Shown here piece after piece: positions 9,630 through 19,486 of a DNA stretch of 64,000 bases (position 1 is its first letter; each line of letters begins with the position of its first letter). The notes under the pieces are model-generated. The model saw only the letters and a program-made list of their open reading frames with translations, had not been told where the DNA came from and made no database searches. The translations under genes and the position numbers were made by a program. Origin of the DNA: Thermoproteota archaeon. Lineage in GTDB: Archaea > Asgardarchaeota > Njordarchaeia > Njordarchaeales > Panguiarchaeaceae. The stretch is taken from contig JANJXX010000004.1 of NCBI GenBank assembly GCA_024720975.1, forward strand, positions 32,517-96,516, given 5' to 3'.

Positions 9630-10547
9630 TCAAGACGCAAGACTTTCGGTTATAAACTCAAACTCTCTTAAAGTTAGTAGATCTCTTGCTAGATCTTTAT
9701 ATGCTAAAAACCCAAAGACTGATGCTATTATTACTCCAGGGATTCCAAGCATGAGGTGCATATAATCGCTAGCTCCTGGATACAGGACCTCGCTAAGGAA
9801 TACGAAGGCATTTATAGCACCGTGTCCTAGTGCGGGGGCTAGTACACTTCCTGTTTTCATTCTAAGCCAGGTCAATATTGCTCCGTGGGCTATACAAAAG
9901 GGTATGAATAGAAGCAAACCGAGGGCCTTTAGATTTTTGTAATTGTAACCAGTGAAGATTATCAATGGTGCATGCCAGATGGCCCAGATTGCACCTATGA
10001 AGAGTATAGTTCGCTCGAGGGAGTTCTCTATTAAGAGCTTGTCTAAGAGATAACCTCGCCACCCAATTTCTTCTCCGAGAGCGAGTAGAGCATAAGCTAT
10101 TGGTGCTAATAGTATAGTAATTAACACTAACTTGTAAAGCTCGCTTGGTGGAATTCCCATGCGAATTGCCATCCAGTACAGTTTGATTTTATACTCTGTC
10201 AAACTCCAATCTATGTTTATTCCAAGGATGCTCGATAGGGCTGCCGCCAAGACCACAATCGTCGCAGGATATACGTATGCAGGAATCAAAAATTTTGAAT
10301 TTCTAATTCTGATCCGCAAGAAATGAGGCATTTCGTTTAGAATGTTGACCATAATTCCTGCCATTGCCGCTGGGATAAAGATTAGTATGAGCATAAGCAT
10401 ATCAGCAATGATATTTTCTTTGCGAAGATTCTCAAGTATTATGGCAGCTTCAAGTATGTATGAGATAACAAAGACATAGATTAGATACAGTTTCGTGTTC
10501 CTGTCAATTTTAATAAACAATTCCTGTCTCCCCCTTATAAATAACAA
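9630..10547 (-). CDS. CPBP (Abi/CAAX type II) intramembrane glutamic protease
   Basis: 'GEEIGWRGYL', 'WAIWHAP', 'HGAIN'. Confidence 0.9.
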   Translation of the reverse strand: MLFIRGRQELFIKIDRNTKLYLIYVFVISYILEAAIILENLRKENIIADMLMLILIFIPAAMAGIMVNILNEMPHFLRIRIRNSKFLIPAYVYPATIVVLAAALSSILGINIDWSLTEYKIKLYWMAIRMGIPPSELYKLVLITILLAPIAYALLALGEEIGWRGYLLDKLLIENSLERTILFIGAIWAIWHAPLIIFTGYNYKNLKALGLLLFIPFCIAHGAILTWLRMKTGSVLAPALGHGAINAFVFLSEVLYPGASDYMHLMLGIPGVIIASVFGFLAYKDLARDLLTLREFEFITESLAS

Positions 10548-10650
10548 AAGACCCTTTTAATGCATCAAAGGTGATGATAACGACTAAGCTTGCTGGCCTA
10601 GAATTTATAACAATGAGCTAACTCTAACTTACGTAATCGGGTGATGGAGA

Positions 10651-11115
10651 ATGCTACCCCTGGCGCACCTAGCTGTGACTTACATACTTTGGCGTATTCT
10701 AGGGATTTTCTTCGAGACCGATATGATTTCTTTAGCTCTCGGAATAACATTTGGTGTTCTCATTGATGGTGATGTTATCCTAAAGGGATCAAAACACCGG
10801 GAATCAATGTTTCATAGCTTTGTCCTTTGGTTTGTGTTGATCCTCTTGCTATATTTACTCAAAATAGAATACTGGTGGACTGCACTTTTTGGAGTAGCGC
10901 ATATAATGCTTGATATGATTGATTGGGATGTCTATCCATTTTATCCCATTTCAAAAAAGGCGCTGGGTCTTCGCATACTTGCTCGAAAATCCAAACTTAT
11001 CGTAGGCAAAAATCAGCTTAATGAGTTCGTGCTGGAATACGTTAGGAATAGGTATTTCGTAGTGTCAGAGATACTTTTGGGAATGACTGCGCTTATCACC
11101 TACATATACTTGTAG
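10651..11115 (+). CDS. membrane-bound metal-dependent hydrolase (YdjM-like)
   Basis: 'H..', 'LIDGD', 'HRESMFHS', 'HIMLD' motifs with TM helices. Confidence 0.75.
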   Translation: MLPLAHLAVTYILWRILGIFFETDMISLALGITFGVLIDGDVILKGSKHRESMFHSFVLWFVLILLLYLLKIEYWWTALFGVAHIMLDMIDWDVYPFYPISKKALGLRILARKSKLIVGKNQLNEFVLEYVRNRYFVVSEILLGMTALITYIYL

Positions 11116-11186
11116 GATATTCTTATTCAAATGAACTCAATCTGACAAAGACTTCTCACTAAATTCGCAGGGTCTTTGGCAAGTGT

Positions 11187-12047
11187 TTAAAAGTTCCATG
11201 GATTGGACTGCTTATCTCCCCACCTCTTTATAAATTCTCTAACATAGTTTTGGGCGGATTCTCTTAGCACGTTTAGGGTTTCTTGAATATCGGCTCTGAA
11301 GTTTATGGCAACTATTGTCATAGACAATTCATCGTTATTTTCTGCAACGGCAGCCAGTTTTGTTCCATTCATTCCAAGAACAGCAAACTTGAATTCTGGA
11401 TCAAATAAGAGTCTACTGTATGGGTTGCAGATTTTGTTTACCAGATCTTTTTTGCCTGCAATAGATATTGGCAAACCTTGTGAGTCATACAATGCAATAG
11501 CATCTGCACCAAGTCTTTCCGCCAGCGCCTGAGATATGAAATCTATGTAGTTTCCCTTCAAGTCAGCATACAAACTCTTTAGGAGTATTAGCATGCTCAA
11601 TGGATCGTATATGCTAGTCTCCAGAACCAGAGCGCCCAAGCGCTTTCCCATTATCTGCTCCTTTATTTTCTCGCCAGATAGGACATTTCCAGCGTCTTGT
11701 TTATGGGCGAGAAGAATTATCTTCGGCTTTTTGACAGCATACTTTATGTACATTTTTCTTACGAATTCAAAGTATTCTTTGGCTTCTGGTAGTCTTTCTG
11801 GTCTTGATGAATCAACAACAAAAACTATATAATCAGCTGATGGGAATAGTATCTTGTAGAAGTCCTCATTCAGCCTATATACCTCCTGTCCTGGAATTAT
11901 AGAGATTGTTAATTCAGCCCTACTTAGTCTCTCAACACCCGTGGAAGCGGTTGTCTTAGATGCTCTCTCGCTATCGAGATACTGTAAGTATAATTTTATT
12001 GATGTCTTCCCAGCCCGATCAAGACCTACAAATACAGCATTTATCAT
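11187..12047 (-). CDS. Rag/Gtr-like small GTPase with C-terminal roadblock domain (paralog 1)
   Basis: G1 GLDRAGKTS, G3 'IIPGQ' (Asp missing), G4 HKQD, G5 TSIYD. C-terminal helix followed by 'ADAIALYDSQGLPI' roadblock pattern. Confidence 0.8.
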   Translation of the reverse strand: MINAVFVGLDRAGKTSIKLYLQYLDSERASKTTASTGVERLSRAELTISIIPGQEVYRLNEDFYKILFPSADYIVFVVDSSRPERLPEAKEYFEFVRKMYIKYAVKKPKIILLAHKQDAGNVLSGEKIKEQIMGKRLGALVLETSIYDPLSMLILLKSLYADLKGNYIDFISQALAERLGADAIALYDSQGLPISIAGKKDLVNKICNPYSRLLFDPEFKFAVLGMNGTKLAAVAENNDELSMTIVAINFRADIQETLNVLRESAQNYVREFIKRWGDKQSNPWNF

Positions 12048-12196
12048 AAAGCTCTCACCAAAAGTCTAGAAGCGCCATTTTCTTATAATGGCAAGTATTG
12101 CTTATGTATTATCAAGGAGTTGCAGGCGTCTGGGGACTCTAAGTACGTATTCCTAGTAAATTTTGGTAGGAATAAAGTTTGCGGACGAGGGCTTGT

Positions 12197-12232
12197 CTGA
12201 TATCCTAGCTCTAAAGGGCGAGACTTCCAATT
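12197..12232 (-). mobile_element. 36-bp single-hairpin mini-element, copy D
   Basis: Minus strand TTAT|AATTGGAAGTCTCGCCCTTTAGAGCTAGGATATCAG. Confidence 0.6.
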
Positions 12233-12299
12233 ATAAGGTCTAAAAATTTGTTCAATTTGCTATCTAAGCTATTTTAGTTTTTTGTAATATAAATCCTGC

Positions 12300-12785
12300 A
12301 TGCAAGATGAATTAAGCTTGGTGACTTATAGCATGGCAAGGATGGTAGATATAACGCACAAGAAAGACCTAGTACGAATTGCTACAGCAAGAGGCAAAAT
12401 TCATTTGCGAAGGGAGACAATTCAATTAATTAAGGAGGGACGAGTGGAGAAGGGCGATGTTGTAACGATAACAAAAATTGTTGCTATAGATGCAGTTAAG
12501 AGGACTTCGGAGCTTCTTCCATTTTGCCATCCGATAGGAATAACTCATGTAGATGCTGATGTCAGACTTTTTGATGATTATGTAGAAGTTGAGGTTACTG
12601 TTAAGGGTTTGGCTAAGACTGGCGTCGAAATGGAGGCACTTACTGGCGTTAGTCTTGCTCTGCTAAATGTGTGGGATATGGTTAAAAAGTACGAGAAGGA
12701 TGAAACTGGAAACTATCCATGGACAAAGATCTCAGATATTGTGGTCGTGAAGAAGGTGAAGTTAGATGAGTCACAAATGCCATGA
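12300..12785 (+). CDS. moaC: cyclic pyranopterin monophosphate synthase MoaC (start probably 12333)
   Basis: 'MVDIT.K', 'LLPFCHP', 'KTGVEMEALTG', 'WDMVK'. Confidence 0.95.
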   Translation: MQDELSLVTYSMARMVDITHKKDLVRIATARGKIHLRRETIQLIKEGRVEKGDVVTITKIVAIDAVKRTSELLPFCHPIGITHVDADVRLFDDYVEVEVTVKGLAKTGVEMEALTGVSLALLNVWDMVKKYEKDETGNYPWTKISDIVVVKKVKLDESQMP

Positions 12786-13314
12786 GGAAGAGGCTAAAGC
12801 GAGTATAGGAGTGGTAAGATTCTCTATCTATGTAGTGAGTACATCAAGATACGAAGCTATTCGGAAGGGTGAGAATGTTGAAGATGTTAGTGGCGAATTG
12901 GCCATTCAGATTATTAAATCTGCTGGGTTCGAGGTAGTATCAAAGGAAATAATTCCAGACTCAAGGGAAGCTATAATACAAGCTCTAAAGAAAGCTTCTA
13001 CAGCTGGTGCTGACATTATACTATTCATTGGTGGTACCGGAATAACGTGGGATGATGTCACAGTGGAAACACTTGAACTCATGTTTGACAAGAGAATAGA
13101 AGGATTTGGAGAGCTCTTTAGGTTCTTATCGTACCAAGAAATTGGGCCCGCAGCTATGATATCAAGGGCTACTGCAGGCACTTACAAGCACTCAGCAGTG
13201 TTTGCTATTCCTGGTTCACCATCAGCAGTTGAATTAGCTCTTAAGAAACTGATTACGCCTGAAGCAAAGCACATAGTATACTTATCCAGACGTTCAGCTC
13301 CGCATACCCCTTGA
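12766..13314 (+). CDS. moaB: molybdenum/tungsten cofactor biosynthesis protein MoaB/MogA
   Basis: 'GGTGIT.DDVT.E', 'GFGELFR', 'SRATAG', 'PGSP'. Confidence 0.92.
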   Translation: MSHKCHEEEAKASIGVVRFSIYVVSTSRYEAIRKGENVEDVSGELAIQIIKSAGFEVVSKEIIPDSREAIIQALKKASTAGADIILFIGGTGITWDDVTVETLELMFDKRIEGFGELFRFLSYQEIGPAAMISRATAGTYKHSAVFAIPGSPSAVELALKKLITPEAKHIVYLSRRSAPHTP

Positions 13315-13330
13315 GAGCTTGTATTTTTAC

Positions 13331-13366
13331 AACTAAAAGTCTCGCCCTTAAGAGCGAGGAGGCCAG
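13331..13366 (+). mobile_element. 36-bp single-hairpin mini-element, copy B
   Basis: TTAC|AACTAAAAGTCTCGCCCTTAAGAGCGAGGAGGCCAG. Confidence 0.65.
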
Positions 13367-13426
13367 ATGATTAGTAAACTATGCTCCTAACGATTTATAA
13401 TTACCTGGTGACCTAGAGTTGCGGCA

Positions 13427-14608
13427 CTATCCCATGTCTGGGATAAATTTCTTTTGAAGATCGGCAAACTCAAGCAATAAGTCCACATTCTCTGGACCCT
13501 CTATTCTGGCGATTTTGGAGAGATGTAACGCGGCTTCCTTTATGATAAGCTTCCTTGCAAATTCGTATACAGTGTCTGTAATTCTGGTCATTTTATCGAC
13601 CTGGTCCATTGGATATGGGCAGGCTGTGTTGGACGAATTTGCATTTAACCAATGCAGGATATTTTTAACACCTAATCCTTTATAGTCTGCGATCTCAAAT
13701 CTGATTACATGCTTTGATCTGATCGGTTTCATGAAGCCAATCCAGATATCTTTGACCCATGAGTTCTCATCTACAAACCTCATAAAAATGTCTTTCTTTC
13801 CTTCCTTCACAAGAGTCCTATCTATAACACGCGATGATTCAACAGATCCAATGAGTAAAGCCTCTCCTGGCTGGAGCAGCAGTGTTAGTAATGCTTTATC
13901 GTTAAGTTTCAAGTGGTTTTTATTGATCTTAATTTCACCCTGTTCTTCCATAAGATCTATCAGGCCGCGTTCAATAAAATGTGAATCTACTCTCTTGACT
14001 ATTCCTATTAAAACCTTATTTTTATTACGCGCCTCAGCAGCAACTTCTCTAGAGATTTCCAATACCTTCTTTTCATCTTCATAAAAATGCCTTGTTATTA
14101 GTACCAATGGCCAAAGTGGAAGTAGTGGTCCATCATATATCAGGAGGTCCCATTGTGGGGTGCTGTATTTGTCTTTTTGAAGAAGATCCTTTGCTATACT
14201 CATTTCTACAATCTTTGAGATGGCAGTCTGCGTTCGCGCCGTAAATTTCCCGAGCTTCAATTCAACTTTTAGACCTCTATTCAATCCTGGATCAGTACTA
14301 TCAATTCTTGGATACCTTACATAACCACCAAGTACAATGAACATATCCCCATAAACGAGCGGAAGCGGTGCTTTGAATGATGAATCAACTGCATATGCAC
14401 CGCCAATCTCAGGAACTTTTCGTGGATCAAGCTTTACTATTTCCACTAGACTACTGCTTTTGATTGCATCACGAATATTAGTAATGCTTTTGATTAAACC
14501 CTCCATGTGTTTGCTTATACCTTGTGCCACTTCTAATGATTTCCTTACAAGTTCTGTGACGGCTTCAGGTACAAGATCCGGTATTCTCTCTTCCTCCCAA
14601 ATTTCCAA
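13427..14608 (-). CDS. nurA: NurA-family 5'-3' nuclease
   Basis: 'AVDSS', 'IYDGPL', 'GIVKR', 'PYPMDQVD'. Directly downstream of HerA. Confidence 0.8.
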   Translation of the reverse strand: MEIWEEERIPDLVPEAVTELVRKSLEVAQGISKHMEGLIKSITNIRDAIKSSSLVEIVKLDPRKVPEIGGAYAVDSSFKAPLPLVYGDMFIVLGGYVRYPRIDSTDPGLNRGLKVELKLGKFTARTQTAISKIVEMSIAKDLLQKDKYSTPQWDLLIYDGPLLPLWPLVLITRHFYEDEKKVLEISREVAAEARNKNKVLIGIVKRVDSHFIERGLIDLMEEQGEIKINKNHLKLNDKALLTLLLQPGEALLIGSVESSRVIDRTLVKEGKKDIFMRFVDENSWVKDIWIGFMKPIRSKHVIRFEIADYKGLGVKNILHWLNANSSNTACPYPMDQVDKMTRITDTVYEFARKLIIKEAALHLSKIARIEGPENVDLLLEFADLQKKFIPDMG

Positions 14609-14617
14609 ACTGACCGC

Positions 14618-16288
14618 CTACTTTACCTCTCTAACTCTTATCGCAATTGGTTTCCTCAGGGGGCTCATTAATCCTGCAACGTAGAATTCTCTAGGCATAA
14701 GTTGTGCCAGGTCTGATTCATCAATTCCCGCTATGTCAGCGAACTCCCTAATCTCTTTTAAGTCAGTTGTTTGACTTAATCTAGAGAAGAACACTGTGTT
14801 CAAATTCGCTCTTATGTCTGGATCTACGCTTCCTGCTAATCTTTGTGATAATACTATCAAACCGTATCCCCACTTTCGCCCTTCACGCGCAATTTTCTCC
14901 ACTTGTCCCTCGCAATAGTCACCGCCCCAGGCATAATTTTGTGCCTCATCTATTACAATAACCGTATTTATTGGAACATACCTATGCTTCCCGCTTAAGA
15001 AGTTCTCTCTATAGATCCACTTCCACCCATAGTCTATGATGTCTCCGACAATCGCCTTTTTCATTTCTAAGGTGTACTCAAATGAGAGATCTATAACCAG
15101 CGGTTTTCCTTGTCGCTTAGCATCACGCGCTAGATCAAACAAAGCTCCTATAGGGCGCTCCCTCCTCAAGAGCATTATCTCTAGGTCTTCTGGCTTAATG
15201 AAGTAACTCATTCGCCAAGCGAGGTTCTCGACTGTTTCTGGCCTCGCACCAAGCTTGCTTGCCACTCTTTTGAGCAACTCTGTCATATTTGCATGAATAT
15301 CATTGAGCAGCTTCGAACGACCTTCGGTATCCACGGTAGACTTTAATTCCTTTTTGTACTTTTGTATGAATTCCCTAAGTTTCGTAGCAGATTGTCCTAT
15401 GTGGGCATCTCTATGAACTTGACTTAGCCCCTTTCTGTAACTTTCAATATTAACAGGTTCTGGTTTCTCTTCTTGACCTTCCATGCATTTCTTGAGTTCT
15501 ATGCTAAAACATTCTAGATAAGTTGAATAATAGTCGCTTAGCCTCAGTGTTTCCATGAAAAAGTCAGCTATTCCTGAGGGGCCAAGGTCTACTTCCAGTG
15601 AGGTAATTGTTGTGTCGGGATAGAAGACTGTATAATCCATACCAGTATGATCAAAGATTATTACAGAAAACTCAGTTTTTTGAACGATTTCATCTATGAG
15701 CACCTTAGCTAATCTCGATTTTCCCATGCCTGTTGCTCCAAAAATGCCGATATGATATTGGATATACCTAGAATCTAGAGGAACTTCGACATCCCCAGAG
15801 TATTTGTGCGTGCCGACGACAAGTGGAGACTGCATTCCAGTTAAGGACGATGCAATAAGACTTGTCAGTAGATCGCCACGCCTTACTCTATAGACCTTGC
15901 TTCCCGGAAATGGTACATATGTAACATTCCAACTGATGCCAGCAATGCGATTATCTTGGGTGGCTATTTCCGCAATGGGTATTACATATACATTTGTATA
16001 TGTAAGTTTCTCGATCCTGTCTATGGCATCTGGATATTCCTCAACGCCAACCTTGACACGCGGTCTTAAGTAGGGTTCAAGCCTGCGTATCCATCGTACA
16101 ACACCAAGTATTATGGGAGTTCCTGGATGTTCTTCATCATGAACTAACGCAAGCGTTTCGGTTCTTATTGAGGTCGCAGGTTGACCGGCGAATATAGATA
16201 TTGGGATGGCTGTTACAGACGCATCTGATAGAACGAAGCCGATTAAATCATTACCTAGAAAGTCGGAAATGGTTACATTATTTGTCAA
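14618..16288 (-). CDS. herA: HerA/DUF87 helicase-ATPase
   Basis: HAS-barrel-like N-terminus, 'HIGIFGATGMGKS', 'VIDEAQNY', 'REGRKWG..LSQR'. Confidence 0.88.
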   Translation of the reverse strand: MTNNVTISDFLGNDLIGFVLSDASVTAIPISIFAGQPATSIRTETLALVHDEEHPGTPIILGVVRWIRRLEPYLRPRVKVGVEEYPDAIDRIEKLTYTNVYVIPIAEIATQDNRIAGISWNVTYVPFPGSKVYRVRRGDLLTSLIASSLTGMQSPLVVGTHKYSGDVEVPLDSRYIQYHIGIFGATGMGKSRLAKVLIDEIVQKTEFSVIIFDHTGMDYTVFYPDTTITSLEVDLGPSGIADFFMETLRLSDYYSTYLECFSIELKKCMEGQEEKPEPVNIESYRKGLSQVHRDAHIGQSATKLREFIQKYKKELKSTVDTEGRSKLLNDIHANMTELLKRVASKLGARPETVENLAWRMSYFIKPEDLEIMLLRRERPIGALFDLARDAKRQGKPLVIDLSFEYTLEMKKAIVGDIIDYGWKWIYRENFLSGKHRYVPINTVIVIDEAQNYAWGGDYCEGQVEKIAREGRKWGYGLIVLSQRLAGSVDPDIRANLNTVFFSRLSQTTDLKEIREFADIAGIDESDLAQLMPREFYVAGLMSPLRKPIAIRVREVK

Positions 16289-16350
16289 GAGATGTCACCA
16301 GATTTACTTTACTTTAAATGTTCTTCAAATAAAGGCATACAAAAAGTAAC

Positions 16351-16998
16351 TTGGTGACATTAATGATGACAACGCTACTATTCTATGAGGATCAATACCT
16401 TAAGGAAGCGAGAGCTAGGGTCATAAAAATTGAAGATAACGTTGTTTGGTTAGATCAAACCATATTCTTTGCAGAGAGTGGTGGTCAAGAATCTGACCAA
16501 GGATTTGTAGGCGGTATCCCACTAGTTGACGTTCGACCAGATGATTTCGGACACGTCTTATCTAGAGCCCCCAATTTTAGTGCTGGAGATGAAGTACACC
16601 TCGTTCTAGATTGGGAAAGACGCTATAGGCTCATGCGTCTTCACTCTGCTCTGCATCTTGTAAGCATTGCTGTTAAAGAAATACTAGGTGATCTTGAAAT
16701 AATAGGATCACATGTAGGTGCTGACAAATCCAGAATCGATTATGCCTTCATGGGGCGTATTTCTGATTACTTTAACATGATTAAGGAATTTATCGAACCG
16801 TACCTCAAAGAATCTCACGAAATTATAGTTTATCGAAAGCCAGAAAATCCACAGGTGCGAATTTGGAAAATGGAGCAGTGGGAAATACCCTGCTCTGGAC
16901 TTCACGTTAGAAGTACTAAAGAGATCGGCCAGATAGAGCTTAAGAGAAGAAACCTAGGGAAAGGAAAGGAACGCATTGAAGTATATCTTAAGGAGTAG
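16351..16998 (+). CDS. alaX: AlaX-M alanyl-tRNA editing protein
   Basis: 'LDQTIFFAESGGQ', 'MRLHSALH', 'PCSGLH'. Confidence 0.9.
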   Translation: MVTLMMTTLLFYEDQYLKEARARVIKIEDNVVWLDQTIFFAESGGQESDQGFVGGIPLVDVRPDDFGHVLSRAPNFSAGDEVHLVLDWERRYRLMRLHSALHLVSIAVKEILGDLEIIGSHVGADKSRIDYAFMGRISDYFNMIKEFIEPYLKESHEIIVYRKPENPQVRIWKMEQWEIPCSGLHVRSTKEIGQIELKRRNLGKGKERIEVYLKE

Positions 16999-17142
16999 CG
17001 CCAAACACTCTTGAGAAATGCACATTACATTCTTTTCTTTCTTGCAGAAACATAACTATTCCTCACGATTTTTTCAATCTTTTATAACCTCATGCAGACA
17101 TAACATATTATAGCTTTTGCATCTATTTTTCCCATGATTTGA

Positions 17143-18450
17143 GTGAATTCGATGAAAGAACTAAGTAAGGTCAGCAGCAGCTATTATTCAATGACAATCA
17201 ATCCTGATCTAATCGTTCTAAAGGCACCTGTAGAGATTTCACTAACAAGAAATTCTATCAATATCAAAAACCTCTGGACCTTCTTTTCATTCAAGAGATT
17301 AAGCAAACGGCTCATCGCAAACATTCGAAGACAGTCAGAAGTTCTTACTAGGCAATTTCTTAATGTGATGGGATACAGAGATATCAATATTGAGGTTGGT
17401 CTTAGAATACACGATAAAACCTCCGAGCTTGTGATTAAATTCGAAGATCAAATCCTAGATAGGGATTTTGCCACAAATCTCATTAAACATATGTTCTCCC
17501 TAACATGTTTCGAAATTCCAGAATACTCTATCCGCGAGTATAAGCTTGTACCCATATCTGAAGACAAACTCAACTTCTTTGTCGTATTAGTCCCTTATAA
17601 AAGGAGCTTTCTCAAAATGTTCGATGCACTCAGCAACCTATTAAAGTACCCCTATGTCACGCTTCCAAACGAACAAGGAGAATATTATTCAAGCGAGTTA
17701 GGTGAAGATAACATCAATGAACCACCAAAAATATTGAGCACTTTGCTTAACTCGGTAAACATTAGAGGACCATTCAATGTTGGATCACGAACACCAATTA
17801 CGGCTCTCCAGGAAGTTATCTTCGCACCAGAAGTAGAATCACTAAAGCCTCTTAGACCATCAAACAGGGCACTAGATCACATAGAAACAGTGCTCACACA
17901 GGCGATCAAGGACATCGCCAGCATTATAGACCGATTCGAAAATCCCAAACCAGTTTATGAGTTACTGCAACTCTTGCATAGGACATTGAACTGTGAAAAA
18001 CTCACGAAAGATGACGCCATTACAGCTATAAATATATTAGAGGAGATAGCTGAACCCGCAATAGAGTTAAGCGGACTAAAAGGACTTCTTGATTACTTCC
18101 GAGGCATTTACAATGAGTTTTTACTAGCGGAAAAGCTAGAAGATATAAGCATAATGCGTGCAATATTGAGAAGAATTGAGAGGACAATATGCAGAAGTGG
18201 AAAATTTAGGATTGATTCTAGGGGTATTCCCTTATTATGCCACGCATTTATAATCACTGGTTCGATCGTGGGAAAGCTTCATAAGAAACTTATAAATTTA
18301 GGGAGCGGAAAGGCCATATACTTGAATTCTGATGAGTGGAGATGCATATCGGAGGAGTTTGGAGTACCAGAAAATGTAAAAGTGGAAGTTAAGATTGTCA
18401 AAAGACTTGACGGAAGAAAGTGCCTGATAGTTGATTTTATTACAAAATAG
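17143..18450 (+). CDS. hypothetical protein, possible C-terminal AbrB/SpoVT-like domain
   Basis: 435 aa. C-terminal 'KKLINLGSGKAIYLN..W...FG...VKVEV'. Confidence 0.6.
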   Translation: MNSMKELSKVSSSYYSMTINPDLIVLKAPVEISLTRNSINIKNLWTFFSFKRLSKRLIANIRRQSEVLTRQFLNVMGYRDINIEVGLRIHDKTSELVIKFEDQILDRDFATNLIKHMFSLTCFEIPEYSIREYKLVPISEDKLNFFVVLVPYKRSFLKMFDALSNLLKYPYVTLPNEQGEYYSSELGEDNINEPPKILSTLLNSVNIRGPFNVGSRTPITALQEVIFAPEVESLKPLRPSNRALDHIETVLTQAIKDIASIIDRFENPKPVYELLQLLHRTLNCEKLTKDDAITAINILEEIAEPAIELSGLKGLLDYFRGIYNEFLLAEKLEDISIMRAILRRIERTICRSGKFRIDSRGIPLLCHAFIITGSIVGKLHKKLINLGSGKAIYLNSDEWRCISEEFGVPENVKVEVKIVKRLDGRKCLIVDFITK

Positions 18451-18462
18451 GTGCTGTAAATT

Positions 18463-18987
18463 TTGAAGGATCCCGCCGACGAAGGCGGGTGCAGCATTAG
18501 AATACGTAGATTTAAGCCTGAAGATATAAACCAGATAAAAAACGTAGCTAGGGCGGCATTTGATAGCGAGGTTGATAAATACTGGAGCGTTGTTGGAGCC
18601 TTAAGGACACCATACACATATATTGCAGAGATATGCGGTAAAATAATCGGTGTTATAGAATTTGAGTTGGTCTACCTCTCTAGATCTTCTGAAGGACACA
18701 TTGGATATATCTTTGTCCATCCTGAATACCAAGGAAAAGGTGTCGGTACAGCCCTCCTAAAGAAAGCCGAGGAGATCTTATACAGAAGAGGTGCGAGAAG
18801 GATTTGGGCTGTAACTTCGCCTAATAATCCAAAGACGCGTAGATTCTTCGAGAAAAATGGATATCGCGAAGTATCAACTAAAATTATGAAAAAGACGCTT
18901 GGAAGTAATAATACAAAGAAGTTGCTTAGAAGGATGGTATATTTCAAAGGGGATATCATACACGTTAAGGAACTAAGTAGTAACTAA
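18463..18987 (+). CDS. GNAT acetyltransferase
   Basis: 'VHPEYQGKGVGTALL', 'N..TRRFFEKNGY'. Confidence 0.9.
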   Translation: MKDPADEGGCSIRIRRFKPEDINQIKNVARAAFDSEVDKYWSVVGALRTPYTYIAEICGKIIGVIEFELVYLSRSSEGHIGYIFVHPEYQGKGVGTALLKKAEEILYRRGARRIWAVTSPNNPKTRRFFEKNGYREVSTKIMKKTLGSNNTKKLLRRMVYFKGDIIHVKELSSN

Positions 18988-19028
18988 AAAATATTAATGC
19001 ATTCTACTCTATATAATCTTCAGAATTC

Positions 19029-19268
19029 CTACCTTGAGCGTTCCTCAGCTACGATTAGTGTTAGAGTGTCTCTGACACCCGATAGTCTTCTCATCGTACC
19101 AACAATTACTTTGTCTAGCTCTTCGTGCGATAGTACTTCAACCTCTGCAATTACATCAAATGGTCCAAATACTAGACATGCCCTCTTAACGCCATTGATT
19201 TTTATGACGTCATCAAGAACTTGCGACTCTTTACCAGCTTCTGTTCTTAATAGGACATATGCCTTCAT
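19029..19268 (-). CDS. stand-alone Lrp/AsnC ligand-binding (RAM) domain protein
   Basis: 'AYVLL..EAGKE...VFGPFDVIAEVE...GVRDTLTLI'. Confidence 0.9.
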   Translation of the reverse strand: MKAYVLLRTEAGKESQVLDDVIKINGVKRACLVFGPFDVIAEVEVLSHEELDKVIVGTMRRLSGVRDTLTLIVAEERSR

Positions 19269-19486
19269 TAGTCACACCTTATACAAACTTCACATTATTA
19301 TTCATAAATAGGGTATTTAATAGTTTAGAGGAGCTACTCTCTGATCTCTTAGTCCTTAAAAATATTTTTTGCAATGTTTTCTTTCTCCGTTAATCAAGAA
19401 CACAGATACTTCCCTGTGTATTACTGATTTTGCAAACGCAAAGACTTTAGACAGAATTTAACAAGAAATTCCGCTGGTGATGAAAT

